Shown piece by piece: positions 25,266-35,057 of a stretch of 64,000 nucleotides of DNA. Made by a program: the position numbers and the translations under genes. Within the stretch, counting starts at the first letter, position 1. Each line of letters begins with the position of its first letter. The DNA is from an uncultured virus (IMG/VR IMGVR_UViG_3300042673_000573) (taxonomy: Duplodnaviria > Heunggongvirae > Uroviricota > Caudoviricetes), in the IMG/VR virus record IMGVR_UViG_3300042673_000573. One strand, 5' to 3'. The notes beneath the pieces are model-generated. The model was given only the letters and a program-made list of their open reading frames with translations. It was not told the origin of the DNA and did not search any database.

Positions 25266-27391
25266 TTGTTCCTCCTTATCATTGCCCCTGCAATTTGTGA
25301 TACGATGATCACTGGGACAATTACTTCTTGCGCTTTCTCTCTCTGATCATCTGTCATATCCATACCTAATTCAGAGAAATTAGATAGGAGTTCTACTGGA
25401 TCAACTTCAAATACTGCTCCAAGTGGATCTGCTAAGAATGCTTCTGTTTGTACTTCTGTTACGGCATCTGCTAATGTAAATGGCATTGGGGTATCTCCTG
25501 CATCCCCTGCTCTTTCTGCAAACTCAACAAATGCTTCTGCAAGTTCTGGATTAGACTTCATCTGCTCAGCAATCTCTGCAACTTCTGAAGGCTTAATACC
25601 AAGATCTTCTGCAACCTCTTGCTTTGCTTCTTGCGTTAATGCTTTAAGTGTTTGACTAACCGCTGTGATTTGTTCAGCAGAAAGAACAACCAACTTATTA
25701 TCCTTGCTTGTAAGGTTAGCAATAACTCCAGATAAATCTTCTTCTGTTCCAGTTCCCTTTTCAGGAACCAGGGCTGCTAATACCTCATCAGTAATTTCTA
25801 CATCTGGTTCATTCCAAGGGTTCTCTTCTGGTTCTGGCTCTGGCCCAGGTTCTGGTGAAGGTTCTGGAGCAGGCTCTTCAGTTGTCTCTGGAATTGGTTC
25901 TGGAGAAGGCTCAGGGGTTGGGGGTTCCTCTGGGGTAGGCTCAGGTGTAGGCTCCTCTGTAGGGTCTACTGTAGGCTCTGGAGAAGGCTCTGGGGTTGGA
26001 GGCTCTTCTGCTGTAGGTTCTGGACTTGGTTCTGGTGTTGGTGGTTCCTCAGCAGTTGGTTCTGGGGAAGGCTCTGGGGTTGGTTCTGGGTCTGGACTAG
26101 CCTCTGGTGTTGGTTCAGGACTTGGCTCTGGGGTAGGCTGATTGTTTGCAGCGTTGGCTGCTGCCTGTGCAATAGCAGACTGAATTTCTCTTTGTAATTG
26201 TTCGTCATAGTAACGCCATGCGTTATCAATTGCGCTGTTAACATTACTAATTGCTTGATTGTATGCGCTGATTGCATTATTTTTATTTTGGAGTGCCGTT
26301 GCAACATTTAAAACTGAGTTGTTATACTCATTTGTTTTATTAGTTAGTGTTTGATTGTAACCATTTAATGTTGAAACTGCTTGATTATAAACATTTAGTT
26401 TGTCATTATATACATCTTGTGCTGAGTTCTTTGCAGCAAGAGCGTTGTTGTAGGCGTTTGTTTGTTCTTGGGTTGCTCCAGATCCATGAGAAAATGTATT
26501 AAGATTGCAACTAAAGTCTTGTCCCCATACTCTTGGGTTGCCAGCATAGTCACAACCTGCACTAGTCCACCCTCCAGGGATTCCCCAGCCAAGAAGGTAG
26601 GATCCAGGGCCTCCTCCGTTGTACCACCATATTTCTACATCAAAAACCTTATCACTTGTTACATCATATACTGGAGAGTAATCACTCCAAATTGTTCCTT
26701 GCTCTACCCAGTTATCAACAGCAAGTTGACCATCAATATACATTCTAAAACCATCATCTGTATAACCAGCAAAGTATGCTTGCGTAAACCATGATGGAAC
26801 AGTTATCTGTCCAGTAAATTTAACTATAAAGTTTTCATATCTATTACCACAAACTGGGCGGGTCATATAGTTTCCATTTAGCGTTCCACTACATAAGAAT
26901 TCATCTGTGGCTGCAAGTCCATTAACTCTAATTAGACTATAAACATCGTATGCCAAACCAGCAGAACCAGCACTGTCTAATGCTTGCTGAGCGTTTGAAA
27001 GATTAATGTTTGCTGCTCCAAGGGCATCGTAGGCATCATTTTTATTGTCTAAAGCAGTGGCTACTGTTACTGTTTGTCCGTCTACTGCTGATTGGGCTAA
27101 GTCTTTTTCTTCAAGTGCCGTGGCTTCTGCGTCAATGGCATCATCGTATAGGTCAGAGGTTTGAGACTGGACTGATTGTGCAGATACTGCAAGGTCATAC
27201 TTGTCTTCTGCCTGTTCAATTAAGGATATGAATTCATCCTTGTATCCAAGGTCGTCGATGCTATCGTTAAGATCTTGTATTTCTTGTGCTGCAACTGTGA
27301 GGGGGTCATCAGAGTGGGCACCTTCTGGGGACATAAGAAGCCAGCCAAATGCTAATAGTGTGGCTGCTAGTATGCGTATTAGTCTTTTAAT
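25262..27391 (-). CDS. secreted/membrane-anchored PA14-domain protein with coiled coils and PEPT/PEPS repeats
   Basis: TDDGFRMYIDG..VDNW (PA14-like); Pro-rich stalk; C-terminal TM; signal peptide upstream of the first ATG implies an ATT start. Confidence 0.75.
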   Translation of the reverse strand: MKRLIRILAATLLAFGWLLMSPEGAHSDDPLTVAAQEIQDLNDSIDDLGYKDEFISLIEQAEDKYDLAVSAQSVQSQTSDLYDDAIDAEATALEEKDLAQSAVDGQTVTVATALDNKNDAYDALGAANINLSNAQQALDSAGSAGLAYDVYSLIRVNGLAATDEFLCSGTLNGNYMTRPVCGNRYENFIVKFTGQITVPSWFTQAYFAGYTDDGFRMYIDGQLAVDNWVEQGTIWSDYSPVYDVTSDKVFDVEIWWYNGGGPGSYLLGWGIPGGWTSAGCDYAGNPRVWGQDFSCNLNTFSHGSGATQEQTNAYNNALAAKNSAQDVYNDKLNVYNQAVSTLNGYNQTLTNKTNEYNNSVLNVATALQNKNNAISAYNQAISNVNSAIDNAWRYYDEQLQREIQSAIAQAAANAANNQPTPEPSPEPTPEASPDPEPTPEPSPEPTAEEPPTPEPSPEPTAEEPPTPEPSPEPTVDPTEEPTPEPTPEEPPTPEPSPEPIPETTEEPAPEPSPEPGPEPEPEENPWNEPDVEITDEVLAALVPEKGTGTEEDLSGVIANLTSKDNKLVVLSAEQITAVSQTLKALTQEAKQEVAEDLGIKPSEVAEIAEQMKSNPELAEAFVEFAERAGDAGDTPMPFTLADAVTEVQTEAFLADPLGAVFEVDPVELLSNFSELGMDMTDDQREKAQEVIVPVIIVSQIAGAMIRRNK
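25800..26140 (-). repeat. coding tandem repeats (PTPEPSPEPTAEE-type)
   Basis: About 110 aa of P/E/T/S repeats. Confidence 0.85.
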
Positions 27392-27449
27392 TTACCTTTC
27401 CCCCTTACAGACTGATGTCTGATAGGATGATTATACCATTTTATTGCAC

Positions 27450-27482
27450 AAAAAAGGGGCTACCGTAATTGGTAACCCCTTT
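27450..27482 (-). terminator. intrinsic terminator
   Basis: AAAGGGGTTACC-AATTAC-GGTAGCCCC-TTTTTT on -, followed by TGGTATAAT. Confidence 0.85.
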
Positions 27483-27495
27483 AATGTTGGACGAA

Positions 27496-28689
27496 TTACT
27501 TAAGCAAAGCAACCTTTGCCTTTGGGTTCTTCTTGTTCCATTGAAGAGCCAACTTATTGAATGCAGCCTTTACAGACTTAAGTGCAGCAGCATTATCTGC
27601 TGTTAACTTAGCAATTGTTGCATCCTTAGCAAGAACAACTGCATCTGAAGCAGTCTTTGCATCGAGTGCAGCCTTATCTGAAACAGCCTTTGCATCAGCA
27701 AGTGCCTTAGCAGAAGCAGCCTTCTCTGCTGTAAGGGCAGCGTCTGAAGCAGTCTTTGCGTCAGCAAGTGCCTTATCTGAAGCAACCTTAGCAGCAGCAG
27801 CATCTGCAGCAGCCTTTACGACTGCAGCATCTGAAATTGCTTTAGCAGCAAGGGCTGCATCCTTAGCAGCAGTTTGTGCTGCAAGTTCTGATACTAGATC
27901 ACGAACTGTGATTTCTGCAAACGGTGCAAGTGCACGAGCAGGAAGACCAACTACATCTGCAGTTGTTGCATCTGATGATGTTGTAGGTGAGAATGTGATT
28001 AGTGATCGTGTTCCAGTTGCTGGAAGTGTTGCAACAAACTTTGCAACTCCAAAATCTGAAAGTGTAGCACCAGTTGTTACTGTTGCTGTATCCATAACTG
28101 CTGTTGAAGCAAAAACTGTTGCAGTAATTGACTTAGCAGATACCTTGTTACCAAATGTATCTGTTGCAGTTACTGAGATGTCTTGCTTTGTACCAGCAGC
28201 ACCTGTAGCAGGAGCGGATACTGTGAGAGTATTAATCTTACCAGCAGTTCCCTGTACATAGTATGTAAATGTAGTTCCCTGATTGGTAACTGTTACTGTT
28301 CCAATTGCTGTGGTCTTTGTATATACCCAGAATGTTGCAGTTGTTCCTGTACCAGTTGCAATTGTCAAGGTTGAAGAACCTGATGATGCTCCTACTGGTG
28401 CAGCAGATGTGTGTAGTGCAGACACGATTGTTGCGTTTGTTGCTACTACAGAAACAGTTGTTCCTGTGTCAACAGTTGCGACGAACTTAAGTGCGTCTGC
28501 AGCGTCAACTGTGTTGTCTGCAGGGACTGGTAATGCAGCAGGTGTTGCGATTGCTGAGGCAGTTGTGTTAGCCGTTCCAGCGAGATCGACAGCGACTGTC
28601 ATTACAGCAGCGTTTGCAGGCGTTGCTACGATTGTGCCAATAGTCATGGCTGCAACCATGGCTAGGGCGATTTTCTTGAATGAATTCAT
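27496..28689 (-). CDS. secreted Thr/Ala-rich (Ig-like) surface protein with Ala-rich coiled coil
   Basis: Signal peptide ending ANA; TDTFGNKV; 11-residue AKxASDxALAD repeats; SD AAGGAG. Confidence 0.75.
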   Translation of the reverse strand: MNSFKKIALAMVAAMTIGTIVATPANAAVMTVAVDLAGTANTTASAIATPAALPVPADNTVDAADALKFVATVDTGTTVSVVATNATIVSALHTSAAPVGASSGSSTLTIATGTGTTATFWVYTKTTAIGTVTVTNQGTTFTYYVQGTAGKINTLTVSAPATGAAGTKQDISVTATDTFGNKVSAKSITATVFASTAVMDTATVTTGATLSDFGVAKFVATLPATGTRSLITFSPTTSSDATTADVVGLPARALAPFAEITVRDLVSELAAQTAAKDAALAAKAISDAAVVKAAADAAAAKVASDKALADAKTASDAALTAEKAASAKALADAKAVSDKAALDAKTASDAVVLAKDATIAKLTADNAAALKSVKAAFNKLALQWNKKNPKAKVALLK

Positions 28690-28706
28690 TACTTATTTCT
28701 CCTTGT

Positions 28707-30491
28707 TTATAGTGTTTTTAGTCTGTCCAAATAATCTTTTATATCTTCTATTTGGCTAGGTTTATATTGTATCACGTTCTCAGGTAGAGTGTCAAACTGC
28801 TTAGGTCTATCCCTAAATGTATGAATATCTATCTCTGCATTATTATCTTTTGGGGTATGTGATATTGCCCCAAATATTGCTCCACACACAGCATCCGCCA
28901 AGTCCTTTGACTTTTTGCGTGGGTGGTCAACTCTATCATTTTTCATGATTTTTAACTGTGTCAATTCATCGAACAAAAGTTCGATTGCTGGCATGACTAA
29001 TCTTTCCTCATACACAAGCATTGCCATATCCTCATAATGTTTTTTAGCAACAGAAACAGTATCAGTTCTCATTCCTACTTGCTTTAACTCATTTTGAATA
29101 TCAAAAGATTGCCAACGGTCAAATGAAACCATTCCAATATCAAACCCAAGCCTTCTGAGGTTTTGGATCCACTGCTTTACCTCTGAGAGATTTACTGGGC
29201 CTTCAACCTTTGGCTCCCACCAAACAACAGCATCTACTATGACAATTGGAGCAACCTGTTCGTAATTATTGATAACTTGTATGTTTACCCATTTTTCTAC
29301 ATGAGCAATAGCAACAGCACACTTATCGTGTTTCTGTGCAAGGTCAGCATGTACATAATATTTCTTAGTTGGATCTGGCTTAAATGATTCATCAAACCTT
29401 TTAAATGTATCTATTGGGTTTCTTGATGTCATACAGGCTCTAACCTTTTCATGCTGTTTAAAGAATGCATCGGATGCAAATGTTGGAACACATGCAAAAC
29501 GCATCATCGCATCTCCAAGGTCGGTATAAAAAGCAATCTTAAAATCATCAATCTTTCTTGTTGGGTTTACTTCCCATGTAGGTCTTTTTAGTGCGAAGAC
29601 TCCTGGGTATTTGTATGAGATGATGTGGTCTTCATCCCAGGAAATTTCCAAAGAATTGTTTGGGTCATCATCTGGAAGATCTGGATTAAGAACAAACTTG
29701 TGAGTTCTTTCAATTGATTCTTTTTCAAGAATTACGTCATCATACTTTTCTGAAATAAAGTCACCTGGATATCTTGGAAATGAAAGCAAAACAACTTTGC
29801 CAAGGTCAGGAAAACGAGAGTCTACTGATCCACGGAAAGCCTTATAGATGTTGTCAGCAGTCTTTCCTTGTTCGTTTCCTGTTCCAACCTCAGATGCAAA
29901 GCCAGAAATCTCATCAAGAACGGCAAGAAGAAGGTTCAAGCCCTCATGAGATTCACGCTCTGAGTGACCAGAGTAAACGGTGATTGACTTATCAAACTCA
30001 ATTGAGTCAGCCTTTGCATAAAACTTTCCTGCAAACCAGGGAGATTTTTCAATCTTTGTTTTAAAACCTTTAAAGAAAACATTCTTAGCCTGCTGTGCGT
30101 TAATAGCAACATTGATTAGGTCAATCGCATCTCCAGAAGGCTTACCAAAGTACTTTGCTGGGTCTTTAAGGCATAGAAGTTTGTATACGATATATGAGCA
30201 TGCTACGGTTGATGTGAAGTCTTTTCCAGATCCCTTGCCAAGTTGCAGGATGATTTCATTCTTTGTATACTTGTCAAAGTATCTTGATCCTTCTTCTTCG
30301 CCCATAATCTCCATAAGATCTTCTTTACGATATATTTGACTCATTGCCTCGACAATGTCGTATTGAATATCAGAAAGTCCAGGTTGTCCAAGATACGCCT
30401 CGCCCTCAACAAATGTCTTAGCATCTACTGGCATCTCTTCAAAATGATTATCTTTTAGTACCTCAAGAAACTCATTGAACATCGTGGACAA
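28707..30491 (-). CDS. terL: terminase large subunit
   Basis: GKGSGKD Walker A, VLDEISG Walker B, HADLA...D nuclease, VDHP...KDLADA. Confidence 0.9.
   Translation of the reverse strand: MSTMFNEFLEVLKDNHFEEMPVDAKTFVEGEAYLGQPGLSDIQYDIVEAMSQIYRKEDLMEIMGEEEGSRYFDKYTKNEIILQLGKGSGKDFTSTVACSYIVYKLLCLKDPAKYFGKPSGDAIDLINVAINAQQAKNVFFKGFKTKIEKSPWFAGKFYAKADSIEFDKSITVYSGHSERESHEGLNLLLAVLDEISGFASEVGTGNEQGKTADNIYKAFRGSVDSRFPDLGKVVLLSFPRYPGDFISEKYDDVILEKESIERTHKFVLNPDLPDDDPNNSLEISWDEDHIISYKYPGVFALKRPTWEVNPTRKIDDFKIAFYTDLGDAMMRFACVPTFASDAFFKQHEKVRACMTSRNPIDTFKRFDESFKPDPTKKYYVHADLAQKHDKCAVAIAHVEKWVNIQVINNYEQVAPIVIVDAVVWWEPKVEGPVNLSEVKQWIQNLRRLGFDIGMVSFDRWQSFDIQNELKQVGMRTDTVSVAKKHYEDMAMLVYEERLVMPAIELLFDELTQLKIMKNDRVDHPRKKSKDLADAVCGAIFGAISHTPKDNNAEIDIHTFRDRPKQFDTLPENVIQYKPSQIEDIKDYLDRLKTL
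28766..28795 (-). promoter_or_regulatory. sigma70 promoter embedded in the terL 3' end
   Basis: TTGACA-N18-TACAAT with extended TG. Confidence 0.75.
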
Positions 30492-31008
30492 CTGTAATCA
30501 CCTCATTGTCTTTTGCAAATGAAGATAGTCTACGCATAATCTCATCACGAACCTGTGGATACTCAGAAGCAATATCTTTTAATATTGAAACAAGAACTTC
30601 TTGACGGCGCTCAATCTCCATCATTTCTTCTGCTAACTCTTTATTCTCAAGAAGACCAGCCTTTTGTAGCATGTCTATACGCTTAGACTCAATGTCCATA
30701 ACAAGTTTAATTGCTGCGGTCTTTGCACCAAGATTATTAGTCATTGATGCCTCATCAATAACCTCATATGTACGAGATACTAACTTACTATAGTGAGTAT
30801 CTGCTGCTGCTAAGGCTTCTTTAGCACGGGCACGGATCGCATCATTTGCAGATGCCATAACTTTCCACTCATTAATAAGTGTAACAACTTTTGTTCTTGG
30901 TATGTCCAACTGCTTTGAAATTACTGTAGGATCATTTCCTTTTAGGTATTCTTCTACAACAAGATTGACTTGATCAAGGTGCTTAACTAAATCATCTTCA
31001 GTTGACAT
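30472..31008 (-). CDS. HTH plus helical protein, probable terminase small subunit
   Basis: N-terminal HTH-like segment; overlaps the terL start. Confidence 0.55.
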   Translation of the reverse strand: MSTEDDLVKHLDQVNLVVEEYLKGNDPTVISKQLDIPRTKVVTLINEWKVMASANDAIRARAKEALAAADTHYSKLVSRTYEVIDEASMTNNLGAKTAAIKLVMDIESKRIDMLQKAGLLENKELAEEMMEIERRQEVLVSILKDIASEYPQVRDEIMRRLSSFAKDNEVITVVHDVQ

Positions 31009-31240
31009 ATTTTCCTTCTAACCTATTAATCTCATCTTTAATATAAAAGATTGCCTTTTCTAAATCCTGAATAGTTTTAGACTCATCTTTAAGTCCTGCT
31101 CTCCACAGATACTTAAATGCATTGCCAATATTAAAATTACGATGACGAGTTATTTCAATGCACTCAATACCAGATGGGTCTGACGTGTAGTGTAAAGGAT
31201 TATTAACTTGATCAACTGTTATATTTAAATTGTCACTCAT
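30998..31240 (-). CDS. DUF3310 (T7 gp1.7-like) protein
   Basis: VNNPLHY...IECIE...GNAFKYLWRAGLK...QDLEKA. Confidence 0.85.
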   Translation of the reverse strand: MSDNLNITVDQVNNPLHYTSDPSGIECIEITRHRNFNIGNAFKYLWRAGLKDESKTIQDLEKAIFYIKDEINRLEGKYVN

Positions 31241-31367
31241 AAGATTCCTCTTCATCAAGTTCCCAATCAAATGATTCTGGAATTCCTTTTAGCGCAGCAA
31301 ACGCAAAAGCAAAACCTACCATGCCTACTACGGCCATGGCTACCAACGTTTTCTCAAATTTACTCAT
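31233..31367 (-). CDS. 44-aa single-TM protein
   Basis: Translated by hand; coupled overlaps. Confidence 0.55.
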   Translation of the reverse strand: MSKFEKTLVAMAVVGMVGFAFAFAALKGIPESFDWELDEEESYE

Positions 31368-31519
31368 CGCTTTGACTTCCTTAATCCAAATTTAGCAAGG
31401 TATACATAAATAGTTTCCACGCTCACTCCACACTCCTTAGCGATATCTTCTGGAGTTTTCTTGTCCATATGATATCTTTTCTTAAGCCATAGTTCACTTG
31501 TATATAGTTTAGCAGCCAT
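31364..31519 (-). CDS. small HTH DNA-binding protein
   Basis: Translated by hand: ...TPEDIAKECGVSVETIYVYLAKFGL. Confidence 0.75.
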   Translation of the reverse strand: MAAKLYTSELWLKKRYHMDKKTPEDIAKECGVSVETIYVYLAKFGLRKSKR

Positions 31520-31534
31520 AAGGTTATTTGTCAA
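31506..31534 (-). promoter_or_regulatory. sigma70-like promoter overlapping the HTH gene start
   Basis: TTGACA-N17-TAAACT with extended TG. Confidence 0.6.
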
Positions 31535-32120
31535 CCCCTATCGCTTTGTTCCAGTTTGATAACGCCCAATGGCCAATACCGCAAGCATCTGCTACATCGT
31601 TATCAGTAATAGTTCTATCATATATAGTATTAATATATCTTATTGTTCTCTGTTTTCTTAATTCTCTTTCGTGTGTTTTAAGCCATGACTCTGATTTCCC
31701 TGGATTTTGTGATTTAATTATTAATTTTTCCTCTTTGCTTATTTTTTTATTACCAATAAAATTCTGCCAAGTAATGGGAGCAACCTTGCCAATAACTTTT
31801 GTACCAACCTGACCAGCCGATCCAAGGATTGCTCCCTGAACTAAAGCAAGATCGGCAGCAGTTTTTGGGCTATTCATAAACACAGTGTGTTCAATTATAA
31901 TTGCTTCAAAGCCACCATAGTAATCAAAAAAGGCTCTTACCTTTTGACCAGCATCCATAACCTTCTCGTATGTATCCTTACCCTGAAAATTAATCTTTCC
32001 AACAGCACCCAATGTTTTTTGTTGGGTATCAAACAAAGCAAAGGCAAGATTGTTTGTACTAGCATCAATAGCACATATTATCTTTGGCATAACCTCAAAC
32101 CCCCATTTATTTTTCATCAA
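31524..32120 (-). CDS. ruvC: RuvC-like resolvase
   Basis: AIDAS, IIIE, DNDVADA..IG. Confidence 0.8.
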   Translation of the reverse strand: MMKNKWGFEVMPKIICAIDASTNNLAFALFDTQQKTLGAVGKINFQGKDTYEKVMDAGQKVRAFFDYYGGFEAIIIEHTVFMNSPKTAADLALVQGAILGSAGQVGTKVIGKVAPITWQNFIGNKKISKEEKLIIKSQNPGKSESWLKTHERELRKQRTIRYINTIYDRTITDNDVADACGIGHWALSNWNKAIGVDK

Positions 32121-32391
32121 ACATTGCCTTTATTTCTTTTAGTGTAAGATTAACTTCTTTTGGGCTGGCAATGCAAAAACTGCAAAGCGGGTCGTCATTA
32201 TATATTGACAACTGTACTTGGCAGTTTGAGCAAAGTCTTACCTTGCCAATTCTTTTTTTACGCTTTGTGTAAACGTATCTTTGTGCAATGTTTTCTTTTG
32301 TTGCAGAGTTTCTACATTCTGCAGAACAATATATCTGATAAGATATTTTTGTTTCAAAGTTTACATCACACCATTTGCAATTCTTCACCAA
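32107..32391 (-). CDS. Cys-rich zinc-finger protein
   Basis: CKWC, YCSAEC, CSNC, CSFC. Confidence 0.7.
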   Translation of the reverse strand: MVKNCKWCDVNFETKISYQIYCSAECRNSATKENIAQRYVYTKRKKRIGKVRLCSNCQVQLSIYNDDPLCSFCIASPKEVNLTLKEIKAMFDEK

Positions 32392-33190
32392 GAACCTCCA
32401 AGGATTTGAGTTTTACAACCCCTGTCCCTGCAGACTCACATGCCTTTTTAATTGGGCATGACTTGCAAATTTTTGAATTAGATCGATAATTTTTTGTTGG
32501 CAAAGTTTGATTTTCCCAATTTTTTCTTACCTCTCTCATCCAATCAAATGCCTGGTCTACCCACCGACGGTAATGATCGTTTACTTCTACGGGCAAAATA
32601 AGAAGTTCATGATTGTTTTTATTTTCATAAATCAATACTCCCTTTGCCTTTTTAAAAATTTTCATATAAATTAACAACTGCATAAGGTGACCGCTCTTTG
32701 CCTTATTTTTTGTTTTTCTATACTCAAATCCTTCATTCATCATTGTCTTAATTTCACCAATGAGTTCTTCTCCTTGCCAGTCAAGCATCACATCGCCATA
32801 TCCAAAGATAGGAGGATCATCATATCTAACCTTAAACTCTGTAGTATCTTCGCCTTCATCATCTTTATAGATTTTTGCAATTTTAGAATTCATCATTGCT
32901 GCCTGAATTCTTGCATGAGAAAGACTTCCAGCAGTCATATTTGCTGCGCTGTATGCATCTGCATTATCTTCAAACATTTGACCATCAAAAGCCAGATACC
33001 AGTACCTTGGACACTCTCCATGACCAAAAGCAATAGTTGATGGTGCAAACGTTTTCTTTGTTGTATGCTTATCAACTCTTTTTATAGTATAGCCTTCTTG
33101 AATTTTTTGAATCAACCCAGCAACATCCATAGGGTGGACTGGCTGCTCTTCTGGCTTTATCATAATCGTGTGCAATAAATTTTTTGTCAT
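32366..33190 (-). CDS. Cas4-like PD-(D/E)xK exonuclease
   Basis: CPRYWY, GYGD, EIKT, QLLIY, CKSCPIKKAC (four-Cys cluster). Confidence 0.85.
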   Translation of the reverse strand: MTKNLLHTIMIKPEEQPVHPMDVAGLIQKIQEGYTIKRVDKHTTKKTFAPSTIAFGHGECPRYWYLAFDGQMFEDNADAYSAANMTAGSLSHARIQAAMMNSKIAKIYKDDEGEDTTEFKVRYDDPPIFGYGDVMLDWQGEELIGEIKTMMNEGFEYRKTKNKAKSGHLMQLLIYMKIFKKAKGVLIYENKNNHELLILPVEVNDHYRRWVDQAFDWMREVRKNWENQTLPTKNYRSNSKICKSCPIKKACESAGTGVVKLKSLEVLGEELQMV

Positions 33191-33232
33191 TGTTATTATT
33201 CTCGTTTCTGTTAATCTAAGTATAGCAGAAAA

Positions 33233-33538
33233 TTACTTTGTTGTGTACTTTAATGCAGAAACAAGATTGTTAATTGCTTCGGCTGCGGTGTAGTATAAGT
33301 TCTTCTTTCCACGATCAGACTTATCTACATTTGCCATCCAGGTAGCCTTTAGGGCCATTTTTGCTGCAATTGCCTGAAGTCTAACTATCTCAACTGTTAC
33401 AACATTTAAAGGAATATCTGGCTTTAATATAACCTTGGCAATAAATGTAAGAGCAGTAGTAAGTTCTTCATCTTCCATGTAGTCTGCAATTTCAGACAGA
33501 CCATTAATCATACTAATAGTGGTTGTATTTTCTGACAC
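33233..33538 (-). CDS. hypothetical protein
   Basis: SD GGAG plus GTG. Confidence 0.7.
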   Translation of the reverse strand: MSENTTTISMINGLSEIADYMEDEELTTALTFIAKVILKPDIPLNVVTVEIVRLQAIAAKMALKATWMANVDKSDRGKKNLYYTAAEAINNLVSALKYTTK

Positions 33539-33547
33539 GTCTTACTC

Positions 33548-34333
33548 CTAGTAACCAGTTGTCGGAGGTACAACATTATCACGAATAGCATCTTCATTAT
33601 ATTTCTGCCATGCTTTTTTAAAATCTTCTCGTTCATTTAATGTCTTTGAGTAGTTTGCTCTTGCTTCACCATTTTTAACTGGATCAATTGGATTAGTTAG
33701 TCCAGTAAATCTATAGTTTGTGGTTGGGCAATAGTCAAGACTTAGAATTTCAAGAAATTCTCCTTCTTTCCAATTTCTTTGTGGTCTCCAGTGAATTTGA
33801 TTCACAGCAGAAAAAATAATTGTTTGTCCAGGAGCAAGTGAATACGTTTTGCCATCAATAATTAAGTCCCAGACAATATTAGAGCCAAAATTAGTATTTA
33901 CTGTAATAAGATTTTCATCTGCATCAATATGTGGTGGTAGCATAGGATTGTGCTTGCCCTCAGAAAAATCTAAGTTATATTCAATATAGTTATAGTGACA
34001 TAAAGCAATGTCTCCATTATAAAGTGGTTTAACAATACGATCAATTTTTTCTTCAATATGTTTTGGCATTATAAATTCAATAAGTTGTCTAGACATATGA
34101 GTAATATTTTTTGGTCTAAATCTTCCTGCAGGAGTTGGATCTTCTTCGTGCTGCTCGTTTGGTCTATAGAATACTGGCTCAAGAGATTTTCCATGATCAA
34201 AAATTGCACGAAGTTCTTCTGCATCTTCTAAACTATAAATATCATCTGCATAAAAAGGAAGTTCTTTATTATATTTTTCCATTGTTGTTAGGTATTGGTG
34301 CATTGGTGCATTTTCTCTTTGATTATTTTCCAT
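33548..34333 (-). CDS. 2OG-Fe(II) oxygenase-like (paralog group C)
   Basis: LPPHID...FSAVNQIHWRP. Confidence 0.7.
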   Translation of the reverse strand: MENNQRENAPMHQYLTTMEKYNKELPFYADDIYSLEDAEELRAIFDHGKSLEPVFYRPNEQHEEDPTPAGRFRPKNITHMSRQLIEFIMPKHIEEKIDRIVKPLYNGDIALCHYNYIEYNLDFSEGKHNPMLPPHIDADENLITVNTNFGSNIVWDLIIDGKTYSLAPGQTIIFSAVNQIHWRPQRNWKEGEFLEILSLDYCPTTNYRFTGLTNPIDPVKNGEARANYSKTLNEREDFKKAWQKYNEDAIRDNVVPPTTGY

Positions 34334-34337
34334 TATT

Positions 34338-35057
34338 TTATCCCCTTATCTCGTTTTCTACAGAATTTCTTTCTTTTTCAAAACTATTATTTGAGTTCTT
34401 ATCTTGATATCTCATTTTGTCAATTGATCTATCGTCTGAATTTGATGTCCAAGGTTCATTGTTTTTTGACCACTCGTTCCATCTTTGCAAACCAATTTGT
34501 CTCATATTGTTAACATGCTCTATAGTTAGTGGATCTTCCATACCAACTACTTTAAAATGACAAAAAATCATTTCCATATATTCGCCTTCTAAAAATTCCC
34601 TTGCTGGTCTCCAGTGGACTTGATGAGTGCCTGAAAAAGTAACCGCTTGATTATCTTTTAGTGTATATGTTGATTCATTGCCAGCATTGTCTACAGAGAT
34701 ACCCCAATCAGTATTTGCTTTTAACTGTATGTCTAGTGTTATTCTTGGTGAATCAAATGCTTCATCTGTATGAGGAAAGAGTAAAGGCCAGTAGGTATAT
34801 TTTTGACAATTTGATTTTGTCTTTTCATATCTAGAAAAGTTGTACTCTGATAAAACTACTTGTCTTCCATACATGTTGCTAACTAGGTCTTCAAGTTTCT
34901 TTTCAATTTCTTTAGGGAGTTCTATGTGCCACGTATTATATCCAAGGCTTTTTACAAAGTCTGTCTTTGTTGTTGATGATACCAAATTGTAGATATCAGA
35001 AATTTCTTTTTCCGTAAATACAGTTTTTACTACTACGTTTGCCAAGTTATTAAGCAT
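34338..35057 (-). CDS. 2OG-Fe(II) oxygenase-like (paralog group C)
   Basis: LFPHTD...FSGTHQVHWRP; start moved to ATG 35057. Confidence 0.7.
   Translation of the reverse strand: MLNNLANVVVKTVFTEKEISDIYNLVSSTTKTDFVKSLGYNTWHIELPKEIEKKLEDLVSNMYGRQVVLSEYNFSRYEKTKSNCQKYTYWPLLFPHTDEAFDSPRITLDIQLKANTDWGISVDNAGNESTYTLKDNQAVTFSGTHQVHWRPAREFLEGEYMEMIFCHFKVVGMEDPLTIEHVNNMRQIGLQRWNEWSKNNEPWTSNSDDRSIDKMRYQDKNSNNSFEKERNSVENEIRG

Noticed and set aside
25665..28759. Long plus-strand ORFs (Gly/Ser-rich 25665-26141; 27557-28261; 28283-28759)
   Set aside because: Antisense shadows of low-complexity coding repeats; no RBS or independent motifs.
32366..33190. Cas4-like gene as evidence of a CRISPR-Cas system
   Set aside because: No repeat-spacer array or other cas genes seen; solo Cas4-like nucleases are common in phage recombination modules.
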